DNA of 64,000 nt from Podarcis gaigeae (lineage: Eukaryota): assembly GCA_964106915.2 (NCBI GenBank), contig OZ066917.1, one strand, 5' to 3'. The notes under the pieces are model-generated. The model did not search any database, was not told the DNA's origin, and worked only from the letters and a program-made list of their open reading frames with translations. Below, one piece after another: positions 23,640-37,477 of the stretch (positions are counted from its first letter, which is position 1; each line of letters begins with the position of its first letter). The translations under genes were made by a program, and so were the position numbers.

Positions 23640-26600
23640 TGACAAAAATGCATTGACTTTGAAGTTCTAATCTATCTATTGTCCAGCCAGTAAGTAGGCT
23701 AACAATGCTTGCTCAAAAGTTCCCCTGATGGTGTGTGTTTGCTTGAAGATCAGCAATTTCTATTCAGTTACAGCTGTGCATATTTGTGGTAGCCACATGC
23801 ATAAGTCCCAGGTATAGGCTATACATACAATCCATACCGCATCCCATTCCTCCTAGATCAGGAACTCACAAGCAGTCCAACTTATTCCATGTAATCCCAT
23901 GGAGTCCACCCAGAGTAAGAGCTTGGCCTGTGTTCTTTTAGCCCTATGATTATTCAATCAACCAGCTAATCTACCTTCATCTTACTAGTATGTGCTTCTG
24001 AGTGCAGTTGTATTGGTATGAGCAAGATGAATTGTGCCACCATTTGCAACAAATTCAGCTCCTGCCCTCTAATTCAAGCATGATTCCCCTTCAAAGTACT
24101 TGGAGTGGACCTCTTATCATCTGCTGCTGCTTCATAGCCACCAAAAGTAGATGTCAGAGGTGTCATTTGTTCTTCAGGTGACCATTGCTATGCATATGGT
24201 CAAGTCTTTGTGATCTAGAAGATGGGCTAGAAGATGATGCTTTGTGGGCTAGAAGATGATGCTTTCCTTCTGTTTTGCAGTGTTCTACTTTTGCAGTTAT
24301 TCTGCAAAAAGAGAAGTGATCACTGAAATAAAATGGTTTGACTGAGCTAGATTCTAGGCACCCCAATTTTGAGAAGCAGAGCTGTACAAAACAGTTTCTG
24401 GGCTCAGGAGGCTTTATCCGAATGAAAATAAAACTGAGTAAAGTTGTGTGTCTCTGAATGCAGAGACACACAGTGTATCCATTTACAGTGCAGTTCTTTC
24501 TTTAAGGTATGCACCACCATTGATATTCAGTAGATTACCAGAGTAGGGTCAAGATGCATGGCTCAAGTTCAGCTATTCGCTTGTACAGCTGGTCTCAGAA
24601 AAAATTGTACCAGCATATAAAGATAGAGTTTGCCACAAATTTTGCATATAGGCAACTCCCCATTAACCCAGGGTTTATGTTCTGAGGCACTGTGCATTTA
24701 AGTGAAATGTGTATATTGGGAACACCATTGAAACCACTTTCTCTGCATAGGCCTCACAGGTTGGTGCAAGGCCTCCTGGGATTGAACTTGCAAAGGCTTG
24801 TGGGATTGCTAGGTCCTGTCATCACACCATTTTTGCCCTTTCTGCACTCTAGTCACTTCTGGCTTTTGCACATACTGAACACACACAAAATGGTCATTGC
24901 CTATACTTAAAAACACCAGTGATTTTAATTCAGTCAGATTTGGAAATCAATGGGGTTTAATCATGGTTTATTCTAGACTGAATTGTGGCTAATCTATATA
25001 CTGATACGAAACGCTCAAAAGTGTTTCTTCCCACCTAAATATTTTAATTGCATTTTAATAACAACCAGGTTTCTGAAATTAAAAGTTAAAGAAAAATAAA
25101 TTCAAGCAAAATAAAAATAGATACATTGTCACAAGTTGTGACAACTCTCATATTGATCCTTACGTAGCCAAAACAGCATAACCCACACAATACAGTGAGG
25201 CATCAGCAGACTTGGGGAAACCTTGAGGTCTGCACAAGAACCAAAAAAAGAAGAAAGGAATCGGAAAAACCCTTTTTGGCTGGGGAAAAACCCAAAACAG
25301 TCTGATGAGAACAGAGTATGCTCAGTGGCCTTGAAATACTGGCTCACTGTTAGAAGTGGGCAAGAATGGAAAACTGGAAGAGGGTGAATGGAATGCAGAA
25401 TTCTGGGGAAACACTCCTGCTGAAGCCCTGAATAGGAGCACTGAACATCATATTACTGAAATCTTGAATTGGAACCAGTTTCTGCCGGCAAGTGAGCAAT
25501 TTTCTTCCCCTTCCCCTCCTAAGCAGACACCTCGCTGGAGCACATAGTTCCAGGGGCAATATGAGCGTGCACAGCCTTTAGTTTTAAGTGACCATGTGGT
25601 CCATTTATATGATGATCTGTTTATATGATAATCCAGCATGCACACTCTGTTCTTGGCACATCACATTGGTTGGGTAGCTATGTAAAATCCTGAACAGGAG
25701 AAGAAATGTGTGGCTAGGGAAGCAGATATACATGAATATTACTTCACAGCATTTCTGAAATGATGCAACAACAATATTTTTAAATAAGTGTATCTACAAA
25801 GTTCCTCCTAGTTTATCTCCTATGGGATATGATTTAAACACCAACGGAGGAAAACATAGCTGCTTTGATTCGCCTTGACAATCAATAAGGAGCTTAGGGA
25901 ATTTCACACAGATTTGGAAATGCACCTTGGAAGAAGCGCATAAATGAACTTGTACCCCTGTCATATTAAAGGAGTTTATTGCTCTTCAGGGAAGTCTTAA
26001 TACTCTGTTAATTGAGAAGGCGGAAGATCATTTGCACTTGACTGCACAGTATTACTACGAATGTTATAATAAATGGAGTAAACTTTAGCTCTCATGCTAG
26101 CTAGAGTAACATTTCACAAGGAAAGCTTAATAAAATAGCCAAAGGCAGTGTTTGTTTTTGATTAGCTGATACCGACTTCAGTGTTTTGAACGGTAAAGAG
26201 CTGTTACAATTCATTGGTATATATTGTAACACAACAGAGTAGATTTGGTTTAACCACTGAAGTGAAAGGCACCCAGCCACAACTATTCCCCTCCCAGCCC
26301 CCAAAAAACAGAAATCTTGAGTTGTGGAGTGAGGTGATAATGTCTCAAACGTAAAGTGTAACCATTTCTGTAAGCATGCTGGTATTTTAGCTGGAGATAA
26401 TTGGTCTAGTTTCATTCAAATTTGCACCCCAGAGATTAAAGCAGAAAGACCATAGACTAAAGATTATAACTGAAATGAATTAAATAGTTTATTGATAAAT
26501 AATATAGAAACAGTAGATAATAAAAATTAGTGGCCCAAATGACTCCAGAAGTACAGAAAAGAAATTCAATCCAAGGACTCGCAATGCAAGCCAAACACTA

Positions 26601-28083
26601 AGAGTAAACTATAAAGGAATCAAGTGTTGATATGCATAAAGAATGAGAACTATAATAAAGCAATGTGGTGGTGATTTATTTCATTCCTATACCACTTTAT
26701 ATTTTTAAGGAAAATATCTCAAAGGGCTTTACAACACATTTAAATATCCAATGAAACAATCCAGAATAAAGCCTTACTGGAGAAAGTTAACTATAAAGTA
26801 TGCATTCAAAGCAGCATAATTAACAGGAAACTAAACTTTTATCTTAAAGATTTCAAAATAAAACATTACAAAGGAGGTCAACTACAGAATCCACATCTAA
26901 CACAGCCAAGTTAACAGCAAAAATTATCTTAAATGTTTCAAAAGAAAACATTACTCAATGATGTCAGATATAAAATGTAAAACAGCATAATTAAGAAGAG
27001 AATAACATATCATCATAAGCACAGAACATACCTACTGTTGCTGCCCAACCTGCCAATGGAGGTTCATGGTGGGCAGTGGCTGTGGAAGTTCAGGCTTGAT
27101 GACCTGGGTCTGCACTAAGAGACAACCAAGATGGTCTCTGGGCTCTTCAACAGGTGCAGGTTTTGTAGCTGGAGTCAGTCAGAGCCCTGCCACCCCAAGC
27201 CAGGTGGGAAAAGGCCTGCAAGGCAGGGGGCAAGTCCTTCAGGACTCACAGCTAAGATGGTCAGTTGATTGACTGCCTGGTTCGTTGGTTGATTGCCATG
27301 TCTTACATTACCTCCTCCTGATATTTCCTCCAGCCCATCTAGTTTAAAAGCATCCTTAGTGTTTTAGCATTAAGTCTGAAAGAGAGAAAAACTTACCTAC
27401 CAATCCAATATAGCAGATCAACAAGTTCAGAAATCTCTGCTTCTGGCAAAGCAGGAATAGAAAAACCAAAGAAAGATGAAGGGATGAGAAAAGGGAAGGA
27501 AATAACAATAGCCTAGCACATGGGTCACCAATGTGGTACCTGGAGACACAAAAGGTTTTCCCTGGGGCCTGCAGGGAAAATTAGGCTGAAAAGAAGGCCT
27601 AATTGGCATCACAAGGGTGATTTCAGGGTGCTACAGCTGTGGAGGGGATGAGTTAAGTCTCCCCTCCTCCCTGTAAACCTCCCCCCCCCATTAAAAACCC
27701 CTCCCTCCACATTTAGATCTCTAAATCTGCAATCATCACCAGATCCTGAAACCACGAGTCCTTCACTAGTAATTAAGCTTGGCTAATATCAGAAGAAACT
27801 GAGTTCCATAGTTGTGGGGCTACTATGGAAAAACCCCTGTCACAAGTGCCTGCCTGCTATGCAGGCCACAAGATACTGTGAGTCTAATTCTATGTACATT
27901 CTGCAGTGAATAGTGACTCCCAGCATGGGATTTGTTCCTGTTTCCTTGGAAGAAGTAATGAAGCCCTGTGAATAGAATATCCGCATCTAAATGAATGAAG
28001 CACACATCAAGCAACTGAATAGCTCCAAAATAACAAAGTTCTGATGAATGTGAAAGTGCTTTGGATCATTCATGATCTAGTTA

Positions 28084-28157
28084 ATTCCTGCTTTGCAGCA
28101 GGTTGGTCTAAATGACCCTTGAGGTCCCTTCGAACCCTACAATTCTATGATTCTATG
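28084..28157 (+). mobile_element. CR1 LINE 3' tail
   Basis: GGTTGGTCTAAATGACCCTTGAGGTCCCTTCGAACCCTACAATTCTATGATTCTATG, the CR1 hairpin plus the octamer tail. Confidence 0.85.
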
Positions 28158-28794
28158 TCAGCATCACATCCTGGTTCATATCAAATGAAGTGATTTGGCT
28201 TATTATTTTTCTAGATTAGTTTCTCCATGTGCAATTCTCCAGGGAAATATATTTATAAATTTTGCTTTCAGTCTTCATTAATACTGTTTTTCGTATAATT
28301 AGCTGTGTATGCTTAAAATATCTACTGACCTTGTCATTTTCGTTTATCCAGTTCCCAGTAGAATAGACCAGAGCCTTGAAATGTTGATTTATTTGGAGGA
28401 AGTGAAGCTAAAGTCTCAAAAAAGCTCTACTGTAATCCCTGTACCAGGGATTCCAAAACAATCACATATGGTCCGGCAGTCATCCGTAAACATATTAAAC
28501 ATAACTGGATACTTTTTCTTGAAAAGTGTCACCTAAATATAGGTAGAGCTTGCATGCCCTTGGAAGCAGGATTTCGCAGACATATCTCTACTGAGATTGG
28601 AAATTGTGCAGACAATTGTGAAACCCCATTGATTGGTTACAAGGAAGTCACATTTAATTATTTATAAAGTACAATATGGTTGAAGAGTAATAAAAATGGT
28701 TTTTGCATGCTATTATATAACTATGCAGAGTAAGAATGGTTAATAAGACATCGTACCAGCAAATCCACCCACATATTATTTAGCCACTGTTGCA

Positions 28795-29463
28795 GTTAAA
28801 CAGTATTAAACAGCCTTAAACAGTAAGGCTTCCACCAAAGAATTCTGGGAGTTGTAGTTTTTTAAGGGTGCTGAGGAGAGCTCTATTCCCTAATATAACA
28901 ACAACAACAACAACAACAACAACATATTTATATGCTACCCATCTGACTGGGTTGCCCCAGCTACTCTGGGCAGCTCCCAACAAAAAAATGTAAAAACACA
29001 ACATTATTTATTTCTTTGATATCTGATGGGAAGGTGTTCCACAGAGTGGGTGCAACTATAGAGAAGGCCCTCTGCCTGGTTCCCTGCAGCTTCATTTCTC
29101 TCAGTGAGGGAACCACCAGAATGCCCTTGGAGCTGGATCTTAGTGTCTGGGCTGTACGATGTACAGGGCCGAAGCCATTTAGGGCTTTAAAGGCTAGCAC
29201 CAACGGTTTGAATTGTGCTCAGAAATGGGAGCCAATGTCATTCTTTTAGGACCACTGTTATATGGTCCCTTCACCGAGCCACAATTCTCAGAGTGCTTTA
29301 ACAATCAATACCTCTTCACAGGAAACTGGCAATTGTAGCGCTGTGAGTGTGGTGTCCTAACATCTCTCAGCATCCTTAACATAATGCAGCTCCCAGGATT
29401 CTTTGTCCATGACAGCTTGAAGTGGTCTCATAGTGCTTTAAACGTATGGTGTGAATGTGGCCC
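28795..29463. mobile_element. Palindromic non-autonomous DNA element interrupted by an L2
   Basis: Left arm AAAGAATTCTGGGAGTTGTAGT..TTAAGGGTGCTGAG pairs with right arm CTCAGCATCCTTAA..GCAGCTCCCAGGATTCTTT. Confidence 0.65.
28892..29264 (-). mobile_element. L2 LINE 3' fragment with (TTG)n tail
   Basis: The minus strand encodes VLAFKALNGFGP...QRAFSIVAPTLWNTFPSDIKEINN (L2 ORF2 C-terminus). (CAA)n at 28898-28923; TCCCT occurs on both flanks. Confidence 0.85.
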
Positions 29464-30668
29464 TAATTTCTGTTCAGCCATGACTATTTTTAACTTTTTC
29501 CTGCAAGCACCAGTAGCAGTCAATAATCCGAAGCTTCATTGCCAGAGAACTACACAACTCAATGGAGTCATACTACATATTATGAAGGGGCGAACTTGCC
29601 ATTGGAGTTCTTTCAGTGGCAAACCTCAGTTTCTTATCATATGTAACCTTTACAATACATTTTTCCTGTGGAAATATCGTGAACCAATTTTAAACAGCAT
29701 TAGTGGGTTTTATGTTTAAAAAAAGTGAAAGAGCACATTGGCAACATTTTGCAGCTTCTTTTAAAATGGCACATAATAAGACTTTGTCCTAACTGGAAAC
29801 ATTAGGGAAAAAACATATATTATATTATTAATGCCCAACAAAGCCATTAATGTTATATTTCATTTCCCTTTTCCACCCTAGGAATTTGTGCAGTGTAATA
29901 AATTCAGGGTTCAGCATTCAATCTAATAAAGGATTTGATGTATCAGCTCTTCTTTAGAATTTGGCTCTAGCTGTATTTTAATTGGAATATATTATCTGCT
30001 ACCTTAGGCAAGTAATTCCTTACTGTGCTGATAGCATGCTTCGCACAAGGATTTGCCTGTGCAAATATAACTGGATGCTGCCAAATTGAATTATGAAAAT
30101 GGAATAGTTTTGAGAAAAACAAACGGATGCAAAGGAGGAGGGGACCTTGGACCTATCATACATTTCTAACCCATTAATTCCTAACAACAAATCTGTAAGA
30201 TAGTTTCAATTGAGTGAGGCTGTTTTTGCTCATGACCACACAACCCTATGAGATTCATGAGCCAGCATAAATTTAAACCCAGGTATCCCAATCTCATATA
30301 ATTATGCTAGTTAAAACCAAGATTTTCTCTTGCACTGGACTGCAAATGATGATGGTGCACTGGAAAGACTAGTAGCCTAGGAGAAAAGTTAAACCTTCTG
30401 AAGTCCTTCAATTCTTTCAACTCCTCAGTTCAGAAGTAACAGCAGCCAATAATGGGGATGAGATCCTAGAGAACTTCCATTATTTTAATAACTTCTTGGA
30501 ATGGTTCCAGTCATTTTTGTATTTTATCATTTGGAAACATCCACTTTGTGAAGCAGCTAGAGCTGTTGAAATGACCATGATGGACAGAACGAGAGACACA
30601 TTTTAAAGATTGTGTAGCCCTTCATAATCTCCTTGTAATATGATCGCAGCCACCTGCATTACATGGGA

Positions 30669-30688
30669 AGACGCCAGAGGGGAGTGGC
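30669..30688 (+). promoter_or_regulatory. Possible CTCF site
   Basis: ACGCCAGAGGGGAGTG is close to the CCRCCAGRGGGCRS core. Motif match only. Confidence 0.3.
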
Positions 30689-30873
30689 AGCAGCATCATG
30701 AAGCCATGCACCGACAACAAACAAAAATTAACCCTGCGCATGTTGAAAAAAGCAATAAATCCTATTCCAAATTCAAAATGGGATCAACACTATACTAAAA
30801 GAGCCGGCCTGGAAACAGAAAAAAAGTCATATTTTGAAAGCAGATTTGGCAAATGGTGCCTTACACCCAACGA

Positions 30874-31632
30874 TCAGCAATATGCTGATGACACACAGTT
30901 CTACCTTTCCTTTACCTCTGCAGGTAAGGCAGTGGATGTGCTGGACCAATGTCTTGCTTCAGTAATGGGCTGGATAAGAGTCAATAAACTGAAGCTCAGT
31001 GCAGATAAGACTAAGCAACTGTTAGTAGTGGTTCCTGAAGCCAGATGGGTGAGAGGAGGCCTGCTCTGAAGGAGGGAGTTTGGAGGTACTTCTGGACCCA
31101 TTACTGTTGCTTGAGGCTCAGTGGGGCTCAGTGGTGTGGAGTGCCTTCCATCAGCTGCAGCTGGTGTGGCGGCTCAGCTGTGTTCCTATCTAGACAGTGA
31201 AAGCCTAACTTCTGTTGTCTATGCTCTGGTAACCTCTAGGTTAAATCATGACAACATGTTCTGTGTGGGGCTGCCTCTGAATACAGCTTGGAAACTTCAG
31301 CTAGTGCAGAATTCAGCGGCCATGTTGCTTACCAGGAAGACGGTTTGAGTATATTACACCAATCCAGACGCAACTGCGCTGGCTGCAAACTAGTTTCCGG
31401 ACCCAATTAAAAGTGCTGTTTTTGACCTATAAATCTTTAAATGGCTCAGGACCACACACCTCAAGGACCATCCCTCCCCATATGAACTGACCCTGCTGAG
31501 ACCCATTTTTGTATACCTCCTCTGTGAGAGGTCTGGAGGGCGGCAACATGAAAATGGGCCTTTTCTGCTTGTGGAATGCTTTCCCCAGGGAGACTCACCT
31601 GGTGCCTTCATTACATAGCTTTAGGTGCCAGG

Positions 31633-31665
<33 letters not shown>

Positions 31666-31690
31666 CTCTTCTCTCAGGTCTTTGCCAATT
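30874..31690 (+). mobile_element. L2 LINE RT/3' remnant (frameshifted)
   Basis: QYADDTQFYLSF (RT YADD motif), NKLKLSADKT, ALVTSRL and KLQLVQNSAA. An (AATC)n tract lies at 31633-31663. Confidence 0.9.
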
Positions 31691-32796
31691 AATCAATCTA
31701 TTGGTCATTTAACTGGGGGAGGGGTATGGGTTTTTTGTTACTGTGCTTTGTATTTGTGTGTGTGTTTTTAAAAAACAACACTATGGGATTTGGGTTGGTG
31801 TACTGAACCAGATCTTTGACAGTGAAAGAAAGGCATAATAGTTATTTTTGCATAGAGAGCTAACAGTTACAGGAAAAAATCATGCAAAATGGGACATTCA
31901 AGTAACCATTTTCAAAACCTTAATCGGCTTAATCACCAACTCAGGGGAGATACTGCCGGCCAAGGAACTTTCAGAGTAACAATGCTGTAGGCATAAAATA
32001 AGACTTAAAAAAATAAAATGAAAATATATTTACCATAACTCCACCTTTTGTAATAACATATTTTCCATTATCTAAGTTGTTAATTAATAGAATGTTGTAT
32101 GACTTTTTTGATTGTGTCTATTTGTATAATATACCTATTTTAATGTTTTTTTTATATTTTCTTTTCATGACAATATTTCAATGCATACAAGGATTAGGAA
32201 AAATAAAGAAACCATTTAATAATGCAAGGTTGAGACTACAAGGTTAATCAGATTTTTAGTGGAAGTGAATGCAAAATTTGTAATCTAATCATTTCAGTCT
32301 CACTGGAAAAATAAGGTACCAAACATATGGCCCTACAGCCTCACTGTATCCATGTTCTTCTTTTGCTGAGCATTGTCTGAATAGGACTGTTGTTCTATGG
32401 GGGAAATGCATATATGGCTAAAGCAGAATCTGTATCATGGGTTAAGCAGGCAGTTTACAGTGGGCACATGTAACCCAAAGAGGAGTGAGCCAAGACTTCT
32501 GATGATGCACATGAACAAGCACTGGCTGCTTTCAATTGCTCTCTGCTCCCACCCCCTAACCCCAGTAATCTGTTTGTGTATACTTGTGTTCAGTGAAAAC
32601 TGGAGGAAGTAGTATTGCGTAGTGATGCTGCTAATATCCAAATGGAAGTTTGCAGCAGTCCGCATTGTGAGAGCTACATAATCACTTATTTATGTACATT
32701 GGCTCTTACTTTGTATACAGTCTATCCTGCTACATCCAGCCAACTGGGCTCTTTAGAAATTCACACATATTTTCCAGTTCTTGTAATATGTGAACT

Positions 32797-33032
32797 CAGT
32801 GGCAGAGCAACATGCTGCAGCCCCTGGAGTGGACAACAGGTGGGGAGTGGCGTGTCACCCACAGGGGCCTGGCGTGTGTCCCGGGGGTGTGGTGCATCAG
32901 CGTGGCACGTTGCCCGTGGGGGCATGGCGCATGTCCCAGGGTTGCATGTCCCAGGGGCATGGCCACAATGGCACCTTTTCCCCAAATGGTACTCAATGTG
33001 GCGCGCTCCCCTGCCCCCTTCGTATGCCAGTG
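32797..33032. mobile_element. GC-rich hAT-type MITE
   Basis: Termini CAGTGGCAG / TATGCCAGTG with a perfect 8-bp TSD TGTGAACT, and internal GGGGCATGGC-type repeats. Confidence 0.85.
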
Positions 33033-33129
33033 TGTGAACTTCATAAATACCCTCTTCCCACCGTACATGCATCTGGACAAGAATCTTAGTTTTCTTAAGA
33101 ATGCTTCTAAAGAATCAAAAGTAATAAGT

Positions 33130-33290
33130 CTAGGACATAGGGATGTAGGAAGCTGCTTTTCGATGAATCAGACCATTGATTGGTCCATCTGGCTAAATAT
33201 TGCCTATAATTACCAGTAGCTGCTCTGCAGTATTTAAGGCAGAAGATTCTCCTAGCTCTACTTGGAGATGCCAAGGATTGAACCTAGAAT
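33130..33290 (-). mobile_element. Partial tRNA-derived SINE (Squam3-like)
   Basis: GTAGGAAGCTGC..TCAGACCATTG..GTCCATCTGGCT ending in a reversed B box, GGATTGAACC. Confidence 0.6.
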
Positions 33291-33292
33291 TT

Positions 33293-33705
33293 AACACTGG
33301 TCCTAAAGGATCTTTATTAGCTCCCAGTGCATTTCCAAGCATAATTCAAAGTGTCGGAGCTGACCTTTAAAGCCCTCTAAACAGCCTCGGCCCAGTATAC
33401 TTGAAGGAGTGTCTCCACTCCCATCGCTCAGCCCGGACACTGAGGTCCTCCTCCGAGGACCTTCTGGTGATTTCCTCACTGTGAGAAGTGAAGTTACAGG
33501 GAACCAGACCTCCCTGTGGAACACCCTCCCTTCAGATGTCAAAGAAATAAACAACTATCTGATGTTTAGAAGACATCTGAGGGCAGCCCTGTTTAGGGAA
33601 GTTTTTAACATTTGATGTTTTGTCGTGTTTTTACTATTCTGCTGGAAACCACCCAGTGTGGCTGGAGAAACACAGCCAGAAAGACAGGGTATTAATAATA
33701 GTAAT
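33293..33705 (+). mobile_element. L2 LINE 3' fragment
   Basis: Encodes LWNTLPSDVKEINNYLMFRRHLRAALFREVF*. Same family as 28892-29264. Confidence 0.88.
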
Positions 33706-34139
33706 CATCATCATCAGTTTGCACAGCACATAGCTTCACCATTTACTGAAATTGAAGGGTGTGAGAATGAAGCCTGGGCTTCTGCAATTGCCTTTGTTGA
33801 ATGCCAAGATCCAGAAATTTGGCTTCAAAACACGAGTGGGACTTTCCCATATGGGACCACATTCTCGAAAAAGGTTGTGCACAGGGTAGCCAAGAGTTAT
33901 GAGTCTGAGTTCTGACATACAAATTTTTGTTAAAAATGAGGTACTGGGTCTGATGGGTGCCAGCAGAAAATGGCTGCCATGGGCAGCAAAATAAGAGGTA
34001 CCAGGGCTCCATACCATTGAGTACAATCACAAACCAAGCCTTGTGAATAACCACTCACCTAGTTATGTGTGGGCTTCAATGCTCATACTTATTTTTCTTT
34101 TACATCTACTTATTCTAAGCAAGGATGGTCCATATATCT

Positions 34140-34270
34140 CAGGGGTAACAAACATCATGCCCACCAGATAATGTTGGACTACAACTCCCATCATCCATTG
34201 GACATGCAAGGTGGGCTGATAAGAATTGGGTTCCAACAACATCTGGAGGGTACCAAATTGGCTATCCACA
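34140..34270. mobile_element. Degenerate hAT MITE
   Basis: CAGGGGTA start, TTGGACTACAACTCCCATCATCC core, and CCAACAACATCTGGAGGG right arm. Confidence 0.7.
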
Positions 34271-35794
34271 ATATAATGCAATATTCCATTTCTGAGAGCA
34301 GCTTAGCAAGTTGCTTTGAAAGTGTACCAAACTCCCCAGTGCCTATTTATCTTGGTTGGGATGGGGAGCTAACAGACAACCTGGAATGCTTGAGACCAGT
34401 AATCTTGAATGAGTATCCACCCCCATTTAGTCTCTGTGGTGCACACAAAATAAGTTTCAGGGGCTAAGAAAAAGGAGGCAACCCCATTAATTCACATCAA
34501 CTTCATGGGATACTACAAACCCAAGTAGTGTGTTTCAGGAGTGAAATATTCTGGAGCTTGGACTATTTGGAGAAGGTAAACAGCAGCCGCAGCCTTTTAT
34601 GTGCAGTTAGGAATTCAAGGAGACAATATATTGGCATAGGACAATTCAACCCAAACACCACATTCCCTTTTCAGTCTGTAATAAGGACTGAGTCGTGCAG
34701 AAAAATCCAGCCATAATATAAGCTGAGGATGAGAACGTAGCCTTTCATATAGGACACACCCCATAAGATGCAGCCTTTCTCCATGTCTTTCAAAAAGCAG
34801 GGAGTAGGTTTGCCAAATCCTGAAACCACTCCAATTACATTAATAAAAATAGATTTAATATTTGCTGTCGCCAGTCAAAAGCTGCCATCTGCCTAGTTAT
34901 TGGTGCTGACGCTGCCTGGAAAGGCAACCTTTCCCCTGCATTTTCCAGGAGCAAAATGTCACATAAAAGGGACCCATCCGCTGCATTATGCATCTAAGAA
35001 GAAAAGTAGCCTAGTTTACTACACATTTTAAGCTCCAACCAAGGAGATCTGCCAGGCGAAGCCAGAACACCACATAACCAACCTGAGCCCTTAATCTTTC
35101 TTGATAGCATAAGAAAGCCAGCACAGTCTTTCATAGTGAATGACTCCAGTTGGTATTTAAATTTATGTGAAAAGAAATCAGCCTAAAAATATAACTTAAG
35201 TCTGATGTCTTTTTCTAGGTTAGCTCTGCCTTATTTAGTCAGCTTCATTACATGCCCAGTGACATAAAACCAGGTGGCAGTTGACACACTAAACCACTCT
35301 AAGCAGGTCATCGTCTACTCCAATGTCAATCATTTGCCCGGGGTCAGGAAATAGAACTAGGCCATGATTTCATTTCCGAAAAAAATAAGACTTGCCTTTG
35401 TTTCTTGTTAGTCTGATTCACTTTCCACATTATTGGGCCATGTACAATATCAGTTCTAGCTGGGAAATGGGCAAGAAGAATTGTCTGGGGAAGAGAAAAG
35501 GAAACCCTTTTCAAAGGCAAGTGGTTTGTAGGTGATCTTGGTTAAAAACATTTCCCTGCCTGTTTGTTGATAAGGCTACTGAGTGGGGCAAGTTAACAGT
35601 CATTTAGGACTGTTTATTAATTAGCATTGCCTCTCCCTGCCTCCAGCAAAAATCACTTCAAATTTCACACTGGAGTTCCTGTGATAAAATGAACGGATGT
35701 TGAAGGACTATGTAACCAAATATATATTCTGCCTCAGATTTTCAGTTGTTGTTGTTGTTTTTTAAATGACTTCGTTTGGTCGTCATTAGCACAG

Positions 35795-36010
35795 GATCTA
35801 TTTTTATTTTGTTTGTTTAAAATATACATATGCCACCCTTTCACCATGTTCTCAGGGTGGTTTACAGGAAAGGGGAAAAACACATTTGAACACACAATTA
35901 GATCAGTAAAACATATGAAAGCAGCATAAAAAAACAAAGGTGTTTAAATCAGGAATGAATTTAAAGGCCTGAGAAAATAAGGAGGTCTTCCCATGGTGCT
36001 GAAATGGCAT
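35795..36010 (-). mobile_element. L2-like 3' end
   Basis: TTTA/TTTG tail, CCACCCTTTC..CTCAGGGTGGTTTACA hairpin, and AAGGCCTGAGAAAATAAGGAGGTCTTC. Confidence 0.5.
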
Positions 36011-36182
36011 AATTTGTGGAATTCTCTCCTCACAGAGGCATATCTGCTATCTTCACTATATAGCTTTCATAGCTTTCAGCAAATGCTGAAGGCACACTAC
36101 TTTACCTTACCCTTTGGCACCCAAGATGTATGGTTTTAGGACCCACCCAATTACTGTGACTGTAATGTAACTGCTGGTGAAA

Positions 36183-36328
36183 NNNNNNNNNNNNNNNNNN
36201 NNNNNNNNNNNNNNNNNNNNNNNNNNNNNNNNNNNNNNNNNNNNNNNNNNNNNNNNNNNNNNNNNNNNNNNNNNNNNNNNNNNNNNNNNNNNNNNNNNNN
36301 NNNNNNNNNNNNNNNNNNNNNNNNNNNN
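36183..36328. other. Assembly gap (146 N)
   Basis: Run of N. Confidence 1.
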
Positions 36329-37348
36329 AAGTTGTTGAGTTTTCTGAGCAAAGTTGTGAGCTGGGTTGCCGACATGGGTTGCCATACAACCAGATTTCCC
36401 CAGACATTTTGCTGATTTCCGCTCAGACACTGCTTCCAACGTATGGCGACCCTATTAGGTGCTGAAAGCAACCTTCACTATCCAGCCATTGGGACTCTCT
36501 CCAGACCACACCTCTTACCTGGCCTGTTCCAAGTTCTCCTTGAGTCCCTCTATCTGGATGGAATGTATCATTGAACTATGATAATACATCTCATCTACAC
36601 AGGGCATTGCAAAACTGAGGTGCTACCACTGAAAAGGCCCCAACTATGCTAACATACTCACCTAATAGTTGTCACTTAAGATTCATGCCTCCCACTTACT
36701 GTATATTTAACTGCTAAACTAAAATGATTCACTACTTTAAAAGGTCATGTGCTGCTAAGCACTCCTGTGCTGAAGGAATTGTACTGGCTGCCAATTTGCT
36801 ATCAAGCCAAGTTTAAGCTTACAAAATGCTAAACAGCTCAGGACTAGGCTGTCTGAGAGAATGCCCCATATTGATGAGCCCAACCATTTCAAACATCACA
36901 GGATGCCCTCCTTACCACACAGTATGCCATTTCTTACATTTCTGTAAGATACATTTCTGACAATATGGAGAAGGGCTTTCTCAGTGGTGACATCCATTTT
37001 GTGGAATACTCTCTCCTCACAGATTCATCAGGCTTCCATGTTCATAATTTGTTGATTACAAAAAATACTTACTGCTTTGTGGATGTTACACGTACAGTAT
37101 GTATTTTTATGATTGACTTTTTCAGTCATGTTGTGAACCACCTTACAATTATTGCCATGCCACCAGGCGGGTGGAGAAATCTTACTTCTCATCTGGCAGC
37201 AAAACTGGGTGGTGGAACACCTCCCTTCTTACTGACTTGGAAGGAGAGGGGATGTTCTGCAGGGCTTTGCCACTGGTTCCTCTCTGGCCCTAGAAGCCAG
37301 GGAGACTGGCAATGAAGCAGGACAGTGGAATGGGGCTACTGCCTCTTG

Positions 37349-37351
37349 TGT

Positions 37352-37387
<36 letters not shown>

Positions 37388-37477
37388 TTAGACATTACTC
37401 CTGTGAAGTGAGATTAACCCACATGGAAGCAAGTGTTTGTTTGTTTGTTTGTTTGTTTGTTTGTTTGTTGTTTGTTT
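37349..37477. repeat. (GT)n and (GTTT)n microsatellites
   Basis: Directly visible at about 37349-37385 and 37434-37477. Confidence 0.97.

Larger units (their letters stand above)
18727..23660 (+). other. NRIP1: Predicted NRIP1 3' UTR (~4.9 kb)
   Basis: AU-rich sequence from the stop codon to AATAAA at 23634. The distal ~900 nt is repeat-free and rich in UGUA motifs. The 3' end is inferred. Confidence 0.65.

Noticed and set aside
36102-36471. ORFs spanning the N run
   Set aside because: Artefacts of the assembly gap.
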